Virus record (IMG/VR): IMGVR_UViG_3300045988_177506
Direction: 5' to 3' (one strand)
DNA from: a virus
DNA: 49,895 nt
Both the position numbers and the translations under genes were made by a program. How positions within the stretch are numbered: position 1 is the stretch's first letter; each line of letters starts with the position of its first letter. Of this stretch, positions 28,150-37,372 are shown in pieces. Below the pieces are notes generated by a model. It made no database searches, was not told the DNA's origin, and saw only the letters and a list, made by a program, of their open reading frames with translations.

Positions 28150-29180
28150 ATCACTTTTGTCCATATTTTTAAGCCCCAATGTTCGTTTTGTCCATCACCG
28201 CAAATGCCAATATTTGGGAATTTAAACCCCCGCCACGCCACTTTTTATTTCTCTCTATTGCTTTTTCACTACCCATCTCCTATTCCTGTAGCTCTATCTC
28301 CAGATTACTAATCCCATAGCTTATCATATCCCTCTTGCTATTCATAACTACAGCACAGTCCCTCTTATTAACTCTCAAGACTTCTACTATCTACCCAATC
28401 CCCCATCCCCCCTTTCCCTTTGTTTTGTATTGCCTATTTATCTTGCTATTATTGCTTATTTCTTGTGCTATTTGGTATATCCCCAGCTATAGTACTATAA
28501 TATTTCTCTTGGCTTAGTGTAATTATTTTTTTTGTGTATATTCTTGGGAGTATACTATGAGAATTTTTTTGTGTATTTTTTGAGAGAGTAATAGCATAGT
28601 ACCCAAAAATGCAAAAAATAGGGGCGGGCGGGCATAAAAAACGCACCCACAACCACAGCCACGAACAGCAGTGCCCAAATAACGCCGAAAAATAGCCCTA
28701 ATTTCAGCGTAATATCTTTGGTAGGGTAAATTCACATTTGAAATATTAAAACGAAATACGGGGCAAATTTAAGCGTTTTAAGGGCATACGGGGAAAGGCA
28801 GACAACGGAGCGGGCGGCAAAACGTATTGCATAATATATATTATATATCATTACACGCACGAATAAATAATAATTACGCTTGTATAAATAACAAGACGAT
28901 TTACGACCAAATTGAACACGCGCATATATCTATATTTACACGCTATTATTATATCATTACAAGCGTATAAGAAATCTTTACGCCAATATTTGAGAAATTA
29001 ACCGCGGGGGGGGGTATTTCATAAGCTTGCCAAGATTTACAGGCGTATAGCTTTATAATCTACCGCAAACAATACGCACACGACGGAGCGGGCAACTTTT
29101 ACAAATGCCAATATTTGAGAAAATGCCAATATTTGGGAAACATACACCGCCGGCAAAATGTTCGTTTTGTCCATCTTTTT
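28150..29180. repeat. Iteron-like repeat cluster: GCCAATATTTG(G/A)GAA x4 (28205, 28982, 29105, 29124) and (G/C)TTTTGTCCAT x3 (28153, 28187, 29165); candidate origin or packaging region
   Basis: Repeats read directly. The last two GCCAATATTTG copies are tandem (atgccaatatttgagaaaatgccaatatttgggaaa). Confidence 0.5.
28260..28420. other. Strongly CT-rich (+ strand) low-complexity tract
   Basis: ctcccatctcctattcctgtagctctatctcc...caatcccccatcccccctttcccttt. Confidence 0.5.
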
Positions 29181-29343
29181 AGATATCAATTTTATCTATA
29201 TTTTTATCGATAAATCCATATCAATAAGAACAACCAATATATGCAAGACGCACAGAAAAAGCACGCGGAACTATGCAGGGCGCACAGCGGAAAACCAAAA
29301 AACAAAAAATCGTAAAAAATCTTAAAAAATCATACAAAAACGC

Positions 29344-29372
29344 TTGACAAGCGGGGGAAGGTGTGATATAAT
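29344..29372 (+). promoter_or_regulatory. Perfect sigma-70 consensus promoter TTGACA-17-TATAAT for the + strand cassette
   Basis: ttgacaagcgggggaaggtgtgatataat. The 5' leader carries a hairpin AGCTTG...CAAGCT. Confidence 0.7.
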
Positions 29373-29439
29373 GAAGGTGAGCTTGAAAGGAAACGCGAGG
29401 CGCGGCAAGCTTAAAAACAAAAAAACGGAGAAAACAAAA

Positions 29440-30084
29440 ATGAAAAAATTAAACGAAATCAGAGAAGAAAGACAGGCGAACGCGGCAAGGGTCGCAGAGC
29501 TTAACGAAAAAATTGACAGAGCAGTGAACAGCTGGCGGACGAAGGAGCCGTTTCCGGAAGACTTCGCGGCGTTGGGCGCCGAACTCGCGACGGCAAAGAA
29601 AATCGGGGCGATTTTGAAAAACAATTATAACAACCGACTCGCGGCGGAGGTGCTGCCGGCGTTGGTGGAAATCCTGAAAAAATACAACGGCAAGAAGTAC
29701 GGCGAAAAGACGAAGGAAAAGATGGGCGAAGAGTTCAAAGCGATGACGGGTTGCGGCATTTGGTTAGAGCGTTATGTGTTCTCGCAAAAAAGCAATCACG
29801 CCCATATATACGAGATGCGCGACGGATACAGACACGGCGAAGAAATCGAGTTTTTCACAAATTCAAATAACATCATCAGCGAAGACAACGTTATACAGGC
29901 GCAACCGGCGGAAGCTTTCAGACTTTACGACTTCGGCGAATATATCGAAACACCGGCGGAAAGGGTCGCACAGCTTGCGGAAAAGAAAAAAGAGCTTGAC
30001 GAGATGCGGGCGGCGTTCAATAAAGCGGTAGACGCTTACAACGCTTTGACCGTCAACGGCATTGACCACGAAAAAAGAGCATAA
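29440..30084 (+). CDS. Hypothetical protein (first gene of the GC-rich + cassette)
   Basis: Start MKKLNEIREE with GGAG 9 nt upstream. GC content is visibly higher than in the surrounding genome. Confidence 0.6.
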   Translation: MKKLNEIREERQANAARVAELNEKIDRAVNSWRTKEPFPEDFAALGAELATAKKIGAILKNNYNNRLAAEVLPALVEILKKYNGKKYGEKTKEKMGEEFKAMTGCGIWLERYVFSQKSNHAHIYEMRDGYRHGEEIEFFTNSNNIISEDNVIQAQPAEAFRLYDFGEYIETPAERVAQLAEKKKELDEMRAAFNKAVDAYNALTVNGIDHEKRA

Positions 30085-30098
30085 AGGAGGGCAAAACA

Positions 30099-30836
30099 AT
30101 GAAATTTTACAAAACTTCTAACGGGCTGGAACTTCTGACAGACTGGGCGGGCGATTGCCACGACTGCAAAACGTACAACAAGAACCAACAGAGAGCAAGA
30201 GAGGCGGCGGGGAAGCTTTTACATTCCGGCAATTTGATTTTTGAACACGGAAACACCCCGCGCAATTCTTCCGAATTTGTGGCGAATATGCCTTACACCT
30301 CGGCAAGCGACTTTGCGGCGTTGTGGGCGACTTGTGCATATTGTGCCTATCAGATTAAAAACAGACAAACGAAGCTTTATTTGGTGGGTATTGCGTTAAC
30401 CGATGCCCAGGCGGTCAGCGTGTGGAGAGATTGCGAAAGCAATTATATTTTTGAAATTGTCGGCGAAGAACCGAAGGCGCAGCCGATTATATTAAACACA
30501 GATAGCGACATCGCAAGCGTGGCGGTTGACTGCGGAAACGGCAATATTATTACTTACGAAAAAGCAAACGGAGCGGACGGGGACACCAGCGTTATAATTT
30601 TCGCAAGCTACGACGCATATATTAAATATTGCGCACGTCGAAATATTGACACTTTGCACGACGTGAAAAACATTGCAACGGCGAGATTTAACGGGGCGAA
30701 TATATGCCAATCTGATTGCGCCGGGCTGCACGGTGAAAAAGAGATCCCGGACGCCGAAAAGGTTTACACGCTTTCGGGCAGATTTGCTATAAAAGCTAAA
30801 GATGATGCCGTATATTTTGTAAAAATTGAGGAGTAA
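30099..30836 (+). CDS. Hypothetical Cys-containing protein (second gene of the + cassette)
   Basis: RBS AAGGAGG. ORF. Confidence 0.6.
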   Translation: MKFYKTSNGLELLTDWAGDCHDCKTYNKNQQRAREAAGKLLHSGNLIFEHGNTPRNSSEFVANMPYTSASDFAALWATCAYCAYQIKNRQTKLYLVGIALTDAQAVSVWRDCESNYIFEIVGEEPKAQPIILNTDSDIASVAVDCGNGNIITYEKANGADGDTSVIIFASYDAYIKYCARRNIDTLHDVKNIATARFNGANICQSDCAGLHGEKEIPDAEKVYTLSGRFAIKAKDDAVYFVKIEE

Positions 30837-30839
30837 AAA

Positions 30840-31883
30840 ATGGTTGAAAACGTTTACAACGGCGAAGACATAGCCGAATTTTTAACCGGCTGCGGGTGCG
30901 GGTGCGAGTTTCGCGCTCGTACCTTTTCGCCCTCTTCGGTTGTGTATTTCTTTGATTTAATAAACCCAATGACCACGGCGGCAAAAATGCGGGCGGCGGT
31001 TCGGGCGGTCGCCTTAACAATTCACAAAACGGCGATTTTAACAGATGGCGGGAAGTATAACTTTGCCATCGCGATCCCACGCGAAAACCGAAGCTTCCCC
31101 ACCTTTTACGACGTAGCAAACACCGGGCAGACATCCCCAAAAGATGGAGATATAACCTTCGGGATAAAAGAGGACGGGGAAAGGCTTACGGCAAACATCA
31201 ACAGCCTTCCGCACCTGCTTATCAGCGGAGCGAGCGGCAGCGGCAAAAGCGTTTTTATGCATTCGGTCATTGCGTCGCTTTCGTGTTTCTCTGCCCCTTA
31301 TAAATGCGATTTTGTGATGATTGACATGAAAGGCACGGAGCTGACACCCTGGCACAATTCCCGCCGGCTTATTCGTCCAGTGATAACGAACGCACGCGAG
31401 GCAGTCCAAGCCCTTGGCGACGTCGAAGCAACAATGAACAATCGATATAAAAAGCTCATAGCCCGCGGAAAAATTGACAACTCGGCGGGCGATTTCCCCC
31501 GGCTGGTGGTTTTCGTCGACGAACTGGCAGATCTCATGCTTTACAAGAAAAAGGAAGCAACAAGGTTTTTAACCAGCATAGCACAAAAAGGCAGGGCGGC
31601 GGGGGTTCATTTGATACTCGCAACGCAGCGCCCCTCGGTGGATGTTGTAACGGGACTAATTAAAGCGAACATTCCGGCGCGCGCAGTTTTCTCCACTACT
31701 TCCGCAATCGATAGCATGGTAATGCTCGGACACAAAGGAGCGGAACAGCTCAAAGGCAAGGGCGATAGCCTGGTGAAACTCCCCAACGGTACCGAATACC
31801 ACGTACAGGCACCAAATTTTACGGCGCAAATGATATACAACGTCACCCACCCGCGCCGAACACTCCCGGACATTTTCAACTAA
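30840..31883 (+). CDS. FtsK/SpoIIIE-family P-loop DNA translocase-like ATPase
   Basis: Walker A GASGSGKS, Walker B VVFVDELADL, and LATQRPSVDVVTGLIKANIPARAVFS, a motif typical of FtsK/SpoIIIE/TraB-type motors. Confidence 0.7.
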   Translation: MVENVYNGEDIAEFLTGCGCGCEFRARTFSPSSVVYFFDLINPMTTAAKMRAAVRAVALTIHKTAILTDGGKYNFAIAIPRENRSFPTFYDVANTGQTSPKDGDITFGIKEDGERLTANINSLPHLLISGASGSGKSVFMHSVIASLSCFSAPYKCDFVMIDMKGTELTPWHNSRRLIRPVITNAREAVQALGDVEATMNNRYKKLIARGKIDNSAGDFPRLVVFVDELADLMLYKKKEATRFLTSIAQKGRAAGVHLILATQRPSVDVVTGLIKANIPARAVFSTTSAIDSMVMLGHKGAEQLKGKGDSLVKLPNGTEYHVQAPNFTAQMIYNVTHPRRTLPDIFN

Positions 31884-31893
31884 TACACATACC

Positions 31894-31936
31894 AAAAAAA
31901 GGCGGTTTCGAAATTGCGTGCCGTCTTTTCTTTTAT
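31894..31936. terminator. Bidirectional terminator-like hairpin between the convergent + cassette and the end of the - early operon
   Basis: A7 - GGCGGTTTCGAAATTGCGTGCCGTC - TTTTCTTTTAT. Confidence 0.45.
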
Positions 31937-32077
31937 GGTGCTGTTTTAACGCTGTTTTTGTGGGCTAATTTCGCCGTGCTACTCGTCGCCGTGTAAATTC
32001 TTGTTTTAATGCTTTCGTACAGCACAGGGCAAATTTAAACCATTTTTCGCGGTCGGGTTTTGGCGGGCTATTTTCGT

Positions 32078-32269
32078 TTAATCCCTCTGTTGGCGCCTTT
32101 TCTTCTCGTAAGTTTTAGCAATATCTCGGAAATCTTCGCGAGTTGCGTGTATTTCCACGGTATAAAAACAAGTCTGACACCGTGGGCAAAAGTGTTTGCG
32201 CCCTACTTTATTAACCGTGTTGCGGCTTTCTATAACGTGGCTTTCGGAACCACATAACGGGCATATCAT
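32078..32269 (-). CDS. Zinc-ribbon protein (CPLCG...CPRCQ)
   Basis: Four-Cys zinc-ribbon layout. Last gene of the - strand block. Confidence 0.5.
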   Translation of the reverse strand: MICPLCGSESHVIESRNTVNKVGRKHFCPRCQTCFYTVEIHATREDFRDIAKTYEKKRRQQRD

Positions 32270-32433
32270 TTGTGCGTCTCCTTCTTGTTGTCAAGTTTAA
32301 TGTCGATACGGATTAACGGTTTCACTTGGTCAATCCTATACACGAGAATATTGTCACGTGCAATTTTTTTGGTAAAGCCGGACGATACCGCTTCGATGGC
32401 TTGCATTAACCATTTTTCGTCAAAGTTAGTCAT
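32266..32433 (-). CDS. Small hypothetical protein (55 aa, MTNFDEKWLMQAIEAV...)
   Basis: ATGA overlap with the downstream gene; fills the gap. Below the ORF-track cutoff. Confidence 0.45.
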   Translation of the reverse strand: MTNFDEKWLMQAIEAVSSGFTKKIARDNILVYRIDQVKPLIRIDIKLDNKKETHK

Positions 32434-32695
32434 TTAGTTTTATCTCCTCGGCGCAATACTCTACGCCTAAAAAATCAAGTTGCGCGATCCGGCGGTCATA
32501 CAGCCATTTTATAGCTTGTTGGCGCCCGTATTCCGTAAATGGGAAATAACAAGTTTCGCCGCAACAAAAAGCACGCAAAAAATGCGGCTCGTTGATTGAG
32601 TATACTTCAATGGCGAAGTTGTAAGATATATCGCCGTACCGATGATATGGTTTCAAGTCCGATAACGGCGGAATGTTAATCGATTTTATTTTCAT
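32426..32695 (-). CDS. Hypothetical protein
   Basis: ORF. Confidence 0.45.
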   Translation of the reverse strand: MKIKSINIPPLSDLKPYHRYGDISYNFAIEVYSINEPHFLRAFCCGETCYFPFTEYGRQQAIKWLYDRRIAQLDFLGVEYCAEEIKLND

Positions 32696-32909
32696 TTATT
32701 TTCAGTCCTTGTTGGTCAAGTATAACACAATCACCCACTGTTGGCAAATAGTCCAATTCGTAAGCCCATAGTTCTTCTTGCGTAAGTTGGCGGTCGTAAA
32801 TTAGTATGTCGTAATATTTGCCAGTTGGGTCATCTAAACGCAAGATAAACCCATTGGGTTGGCATCCTATCGAACAACCACGCAAACGCATACCGTAAAA
32901 ATATTTCAT
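32676..32909 (-). CDS. Hypothetical protein
   Basis: ORF. Confidence 0.45.
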   Translation of the reverse strand: MKYFYGMRLRGCSIGCQPNGFILRLDDPTGKYYDILIYDRQLTQEELWAYELDYLPTVGDCVILDQQGLKINENKID

Positions 32910-33021
32910 GTTGTCTCCTTTTTTCTCCCATAGCAGAGGGCGGTCTGCCTAATTTACGGAGAAATAAATGCAGTCTTTAGAACAGATCTATATGCAATCA
33001 CGCCGCCCCGTGTTTACATCG

Positions 33022-33204
33022 TTATTGAGTTAAAGCTTCACGTAAACGTTTCAGCTCGGCTGCCGTCGCCTTTAAGCGGCTATATTGTCTATGCCCCTCA
33101 TAACACGTGTTGCTGCTTATTGACTTAAAACAGCACATAGTCAACCGATAATTACATTCAATGCAATTCCTGAAACAATATTTTTTTCTGCTTGGTTTAT
33201 CCAT
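33022..33204 (-). CDS. Small Cys-rich protein
   Basis: ORF with CxxC pairs. Confidence 0.4.
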   Translation of the reverse strand: MDKPSRKKYCFRNCIECNYRLTMCCFKSISSNTCYEGHRQYSRLKATAAELKRLREALTQ

Positions 33205-33412
33205 TTAGTTTTTTCCTGTCGTTGCCGCGTTGTTTTTTTACATATTCAACGCCATTTATTGTTATTTCATCAGGTAATGTGCAAATCGTAAACTTGGGTA
33301 TTATACAATCATTAACCCACTTGTCTTCATAAAAACAACTTGAGCCAACACAATCGCCGTTGCTATCCGCATATGAACAAGGAAGCCCTATTTTTTTGCA
33401 AATATAATTCAT
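33197..33412 (-). CDS. Small Cys-rich protein
   Basis: ORF. Confidence 0.4.
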   Translation of the reverse strand: MNYICKKIGLPCSYADSNGDCVGSSCFYEDKWVNDCIIPKFTICTLPDEITINGVEYVKKQRGNDRKKLNG

Positions 33413-33415
33413 AAA

Positions 33416-33670
33416 TTACTCTCTCCACCAATCGTATATTTCGACAAAAGCCTGTTGGTTTTCATCATAGCCTACAACAATTTCACCGCTATATTTTGTC
33501 AAAACCATAAGCTCCTCAATTTTTTGTATGTCGGCATAAAAGGCACAGCCTTCCGCCGTTTCGTTTACGGAATATTTCAAACCACTGTCACAAAGATAGT
33601 TTATGATTGTCTGCCGCGCTTGAGAAGGCTTTGCGCCATTATATTGGGAGGAATTCACTCTAAAAAGCAT
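33416..33670 (-). CDS. Hypothetical protein
   Basis: ORF. Confidence 0.45.
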   Translation of the reverse strand: MLFRVNSSQYNGAKPSQARQTIINYLCDSGLKYSVNETAEGCAFYADIQKIEELMVLTKYSGEIVVGYDENQQAFVEIYDWWRE

Positions 33671-33673
33671 TTA

Positions 33674-34174
33674 TTAGTACCCTTTTAGCTGTTCGGCGAC
33701 TGTCATAAGTAAAGTTTTTTTTGAGAGAGTATCCGTATCGTCGTAGTATGCAAACGCACTTTCAATCTTCATAGCAAAATCTTTGACCGCGTTCTTTTGC
33801 ACCGTTTTTACAAAATCACAAATCGCCCCTGCTTCTTTTTCAAGTTTTAACTCGGCTATCTTTGTTTCTAATTCTACCCCCTTTTTATGCCACGCCTTGC
33901 GTTCTTCGGCAAAAGCATCCGTGTTTGCGGTTTGTTTATATCGGAAGCCTGCGTCGTAATAGGCTTCGGCTTCTCCCCTGACGAAACGCATATGTTCGGG
34001 ATTTGCGCACTCTTCTTGTGTCATTTCAAAACAGTGTTGGCATATGACCTTTTGCAATTCGTTTATTTGTTGTTCTCTGTCCATTATATCACTCCTATTG
34101 TTGTCAAATGTATTATTACACATGTCGCAGTCAGCAACAAGCAAATCACAGTCAATGACAATGTTTTTTTCCAC
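33674..34174 (-). CDS. Hypothetical protein (Cys cluster at the N-terminus)
   Basis: ORF. Confidence 0.5.
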   Translation of the reverse strand: MEKNIVIDCDLLVADCDMCNNTFDNNRSDIMDREQQINELQKVICQHCFEMTQEECANPEHMRFVRGEAEAYYDAGFRYKQTANTDAFAEERKAWHKKGVELETKIAELKLEKEAGAICDFVKTVQKNAVKDFAMKIESAFAYYDDTDTLSKKTLLMTVAEQLKGY

Positions 34175-34249
34175 GTTTTCATTCTTTTCGCTTATTTTCC
34201 TTTTCTATGTCAACCTTGATTATTACTTTTTTGTTCTTTTTCGGCTTTA

Positions 34250-34684
34250 TCACCACTTATATGGGCAACCGTTTTCATTACGTGCTTCCACCCCGCACGT
34301 TACCGCCATATCATATGTTGGGCAAGATTTATAATCGCACTTGTCGCAATCGCAACAATGAAACGCAATCATATCTTCAACTTGCTTTTCTAAATCACGC
34401 ACGTCGTAATACGATAAAGCTTTAGTGCTTGCACATTTACTAACAACCTTTATTGTATTTACCTCTAACGTGCCTTTTATTTTTCGTTTGTAGGCAGCAC
34501 CAAACCTATCGCATACGGAATTATTAAAAGCCCTTAAATGTTCTTCAGCGTGTTCTAACTCGTCTTTTTCAAATTCTGTTAAAGCGTTGTTGCCCTTAAA
34601 TTCGGATATAAGCTCGGTCAAAATCAATAAAATAATATGCCGGTCACGCTCGTCTTTGTTGAAATACTCTTTCATCGTTTCCAC
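34250..34684 (-). CDS. Hypothetical Cys-rich protein (CCDCDKCDYKSCP)
   Basis: ORF. Confidence 0.5.
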   Translation of the reverse strand: METMKEYFNKDERDRHIILLILTELISEFKGNNALTEFEKDELEHAEEHLRAFNNSVCDRFGAAYKRKIKGTLEVNTIKVVSKCASTKALSYYDVRDLEKQVEDMIAFHCCDCDKCDYKSCPTYDMAVTCGVEARNENGCPYKW

Positions 34685-35055
34685 TCCTGCGTTATGCGGT
34701 CAATAAGTCCGCCGGGCATACAAACATGCTTAACAAATGTTTTGCTATCCGAAACCCATTTGCCATTTTCAAACCATTTAACATCGGCTTCATATTTAAT
34801 TAAAGCATCTTTTATTTTTGACGCAAAATCATTGATAGCCCCATTGCGCAAATGAATGTTTTCCCATACAAGCTCACGAATAAACTGCAATGTTTCATCT
34901 ACAACAGCGGTATTTTTTCCCGTTCGGATCTCGTCCAAAGCTTGAACAGTATCGTAGAATTTTTTCATATCACTCATCTTTGTCCGTCTCCTCTTCGTCT
35001 TCATCTTTATCTTCATCTTCGTCTTCGTCAAGCCAGCCAAGCGCATAAAACGCAC
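34672..35055 (-). CDS. Hypothetical protein
   Basis: ORF. Confidence 0.5.
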   Translation of the reverse strand: MRFMRLAGLTKTKMKIKMKTKRRRTKMSDMKKFYDTVQALDEIRTGKNTAVVDETLQFIRELVWENIHLRNGAINDFASKIKDALIKYEADVKWFENGKWVSDSKTFVKHVCMPGGLIDRITQEWKR

Positions 35056-35066
35056 GCATTTCTTCG

Positions 35067-35399
35067 TCAGTCAGACAACACATTTTCGTCACCCTCCACA
35101 ATCTTGTCAATAGTTCCGTCGATAATTGCCTTTACAATATGGTCGCCCAAAAGATACGGGAAATCTATCGTTGTCCCCTCAGCCGTTACAGTTGAATACT
35201 GGGCAAACGTCTCTTTCCAATATTTGGTCAAGCGTTCTTTAACCGCTTTTATCGTCGCCTGTTCAATGTTTTTCTTGCACTCATTAACGGCAATCGCAAC
35301 TTCAATCGCAGTCTTGCCCCTTTCTGTCAATGTAGCATAACCCTCATTTGCTAAATCACGCAACACTTTTGCTTCTTCAATGTTCATAATATCCTTCAT
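35067..35399 (-). CDS. Hypothetical protein
   Basis: ORF with a consensus promoter at 35440..35468. Confidence 0.5.
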   Translation of the reverse strand: MKDIMNIEEAKVLRDLANEGYATLTERGKTAIEVAIAVNECKKNIEQATIKAVKERLTKYWKETFAQYSTVTAEGTTIDFPYLLGDHIVKAIIDGTIDKIVEGDENVLSD

Positions 35400-35439
35400 T
35401 TTTTTTATTTCTCCTTGCCTTTCGGCTCTTTATGCTCTT

Positions 35440-35468
35440 ATTATAACACCATATTTGGCGGTTGTCAA
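35440..35468 (-). promoter_or_regulatory. Perfect sigma-70 consensus promoter TTGACA-17-TATAAT
   Basis: rc reads TTGACAaccgccaaatatggtgtTATAAT, followed by AAGGAG and ATG. Confidence 0.65.
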
Positions 35469-35503
35469 GCATTTTTTAATAATTTATAGAAAAATATTGA
35501 AAA

Positions 35504-36199
35504 TTATAAATCAAATATCGAACCTTGACTTTTCACGTCGTTAAGCCATTTTTTGCCTTTTTCAAATATATGCTTATCTTTCTCGCAAGTTATAAAATGT
35601 CGATTGCTCTTTGCACAAGCAATGGCAAGAGAAAAGCTTCCCCCAAACGGATCCAAAATTACATCACCCTCTTTCGTGTAAAAATTCAATAGTTTATACC
35701 ACAACTGCGTTGGCTTTTGCGTTGGATGAAAACGTAAATCGGGGTGTTTTTTGTCTTCTTGTAGCATCCCGTTATACATATAGTTAAAAACACGAGCAAC
35801 ACCTTGGCTACACCAAGCAAGTTCACAATCGGCGAAATCATTTCTGTCGCGTTTATGCGGCAAACGCTTATCCCACACAATCCAACTTTTAGTTGGGGGC
35901 AAAATGTCCGTGTAATAATTCCCGCCAAATATAATTTGGTTTGTCGAAGTGCTAAATATCAAATCGAAATATTCATTGGTGAGACGGTCACTGTCCCAAT
36001 CTGCTACACCGACATAATCACGTTTCGCTGCTTTGGCATTTGATTTTTCAGGTTTATGTAAAGTAAATGTCATTTTACCGATGTCCAATCCATACGGGGG
36101 ATCTGTAATACACCAATCGGCTTTTATGCCCGTTTTTTGCATTTCAAGTAGCAACTCTTTGTAATCACAATTATATGCTTTATCAATTTCAATCTCCAT
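35504..36199 (-). CDS. DNA methyltransferase, beta-class N6-adenine/N4-cytosine (DPPY)
   Basis: Motif IV TDPPYG, then motif I DPFGGSFSLAIA C-terminal to it (beta-class order). Confidence 0.75.
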   Translation of the reverse strand: MEIEIDKAYNCDYKELLLEMQKTGIKADWCITDPPYGLDIGKMTFTLHKPEKSNAKAAKRDYVGVADWDSDRLTNEYFDLIFSTSTNQIIFGGNYYTDILPPTKSWIVWDKRLPHKRDRNDFADCELAWCSQGVARVFNYMYNGMLQEDKKHPDLRFHPTQKPTQLWYKLLNFYTKEGDVILDPFGGSFSLAIACAKSNRHFITCEKDKHIFEKGKKWLNDVKSQGSIFDL

Positions 36200-36554
36200 T
36201 CACCACCTCAATTGAATTATCTTCTTCCTCATGACAAACGTCCCAAAAGGCTTGTGTAATGCGCTGATATTCTGCAGCATAATCAAGCAACAGCTCCCAG
36301 TTTTCTTTAACAAACTGCGCTGTAATATATCGGCTTAATTCAGGGCGCCTTGACGAATAATAAGTTAATATTTTGTCCACCTCAGCCCCACCGTTTTTCC
36401 CAAAACAAGCATAGTCTATTTTGGAACACAAATCGTTCCCTTTGTCCAAAAGCTCAATGGCGCCTTCTTTTTCTTCCAAAAAACTTAATAAATCACTCTT
36501 CATTTTAATCTCCTTTTTTTGCTTTTTTAGTCCCCATAGGCAGCCCAACAACAC
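36189..36554 (-). CDS. Hypothetical protein
   Basis: ORF. Confidence 0.5.
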   Translation of the reverse strand: MLLGCLWGLKKQKKEIKMKSDLLSFLEEKEGAIELLDKGNDLCSKIDYACFGKNGGAEVDKILTYYSSRRPELSRYITAQFVKENWELLLDYAAEYQRITQAFWDVCHEEEDNSIEVVNGD

Positions 36555-37206
36555 TTGCTATTCTATCCAAGCGTTTTTGTATTGAATTGTCGTCAAGCTT
36601 ATTATGGTTAATTATAGTTATGTTATCAGGGTTCTTAATCAAATTATGCCCCGCCCCCTTCGTTTGCAATCTGTTAATTACCGCTTTAGTATCGGACAGT
36701 CCACTTTCACTCGCAACAAAACCGCCCCCGATAAAACTGCTTTCAATAGACTTAAAAACCGTATCATATTTACTATCGGTTAGAAATTCAGCATAAGTAT
36801 CTTCATCTATTTCGAGAAACGCGCATAACAACTGTTTGTTGGCGTTGAAAATTACGTATAGATTGATTTGGAACATCAATTCTTCAAACCAATAATTCCC
36901 CTCTAAATATTTTTCCGGGGACAATTCTCGTGCTTCAGCAGGGGTCATCATAAGAGTATGTCGCAAGTAGCTGTCTAAACGATAATAAACCTGTTGCGGT
37001 GTTAGCGTGGGCATTATTTCATTCTTACGTACTCTCTTTTTAGTTTTCTTTTCGTTACCCAGCTCATCCATACTAACGGAATAAATATCATCATCGGCTA
37101 AACGGCTAAAAACCGTCTTATCTAAAAAAGACAATGCCGCTTGCATCCGTTGTTGATAATTATGCGGCTCTAACGTTTCTGCGTTTACTGTTTTTTTCGT
37201 TGCCAT
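36505..37206 (-). CDS. Hypothetical protein
   Basis: ORF. Confidence 0.5.
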   Translation of the reverse strand: MATKKTVNAETLEPHNYQQRMQAALSFLDKTVFSRLADDDIYSVSMDELGNEKKTKKRVRKNEIMPTLTPQQVYYRLDSYLRHTLMMTPAEARELSPEKYLEGNYWFEELMFQINLYVIFNANKQLLCAFLEIDEDTYAEFLTDSKYDTVFKSIESSFIGGGFVASESGLSDTKAVINRLQTKGAGHNLIKNPDNITIINHNKLDDNSIQKRLDRIASVVGLPMGTKKAKKGD

Positions 37207-37207
37207 T

Positions 37208-37372
37208 TTAATCTCCTTTTTTCTTTCTAACTCTATCGCATATCCCCTTACACTCTTTATAGGGACAAGTCAAACATTTATGCACGTTCATCTTGTCGGG
37301 GATCCACTCAAATTCTTCCGCTTTTGTCTCTGTAGTTATTGGTCGCGTGTTATAACGTTGATGTCTTGCCAT
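37208..37372 (-). CDS. Small Cys-rich protein (54 aa)
   Basis: MARHQRYNTRP...CLTCPYKECKGICD with RBS GAGGTGA. Below the ORF-track cutoff. Confidence 0.4.
   Translation of the reverse strand: MARHQRYNTRPITTETKAEEFEWIPDKMNVHKCLTCPYKECKGICDRVRKKKGD

Noticed and set aside
28520-28600. Tiny ORF MRIFLCIF with a good RBS (TGGGAGTATACT-ATG) in the large intergenic region
   Set aside because: It is only 8 codons and lies inside a low-complexity tract; most likely fortuitous. It is noted in case a leader peptide is relevant.
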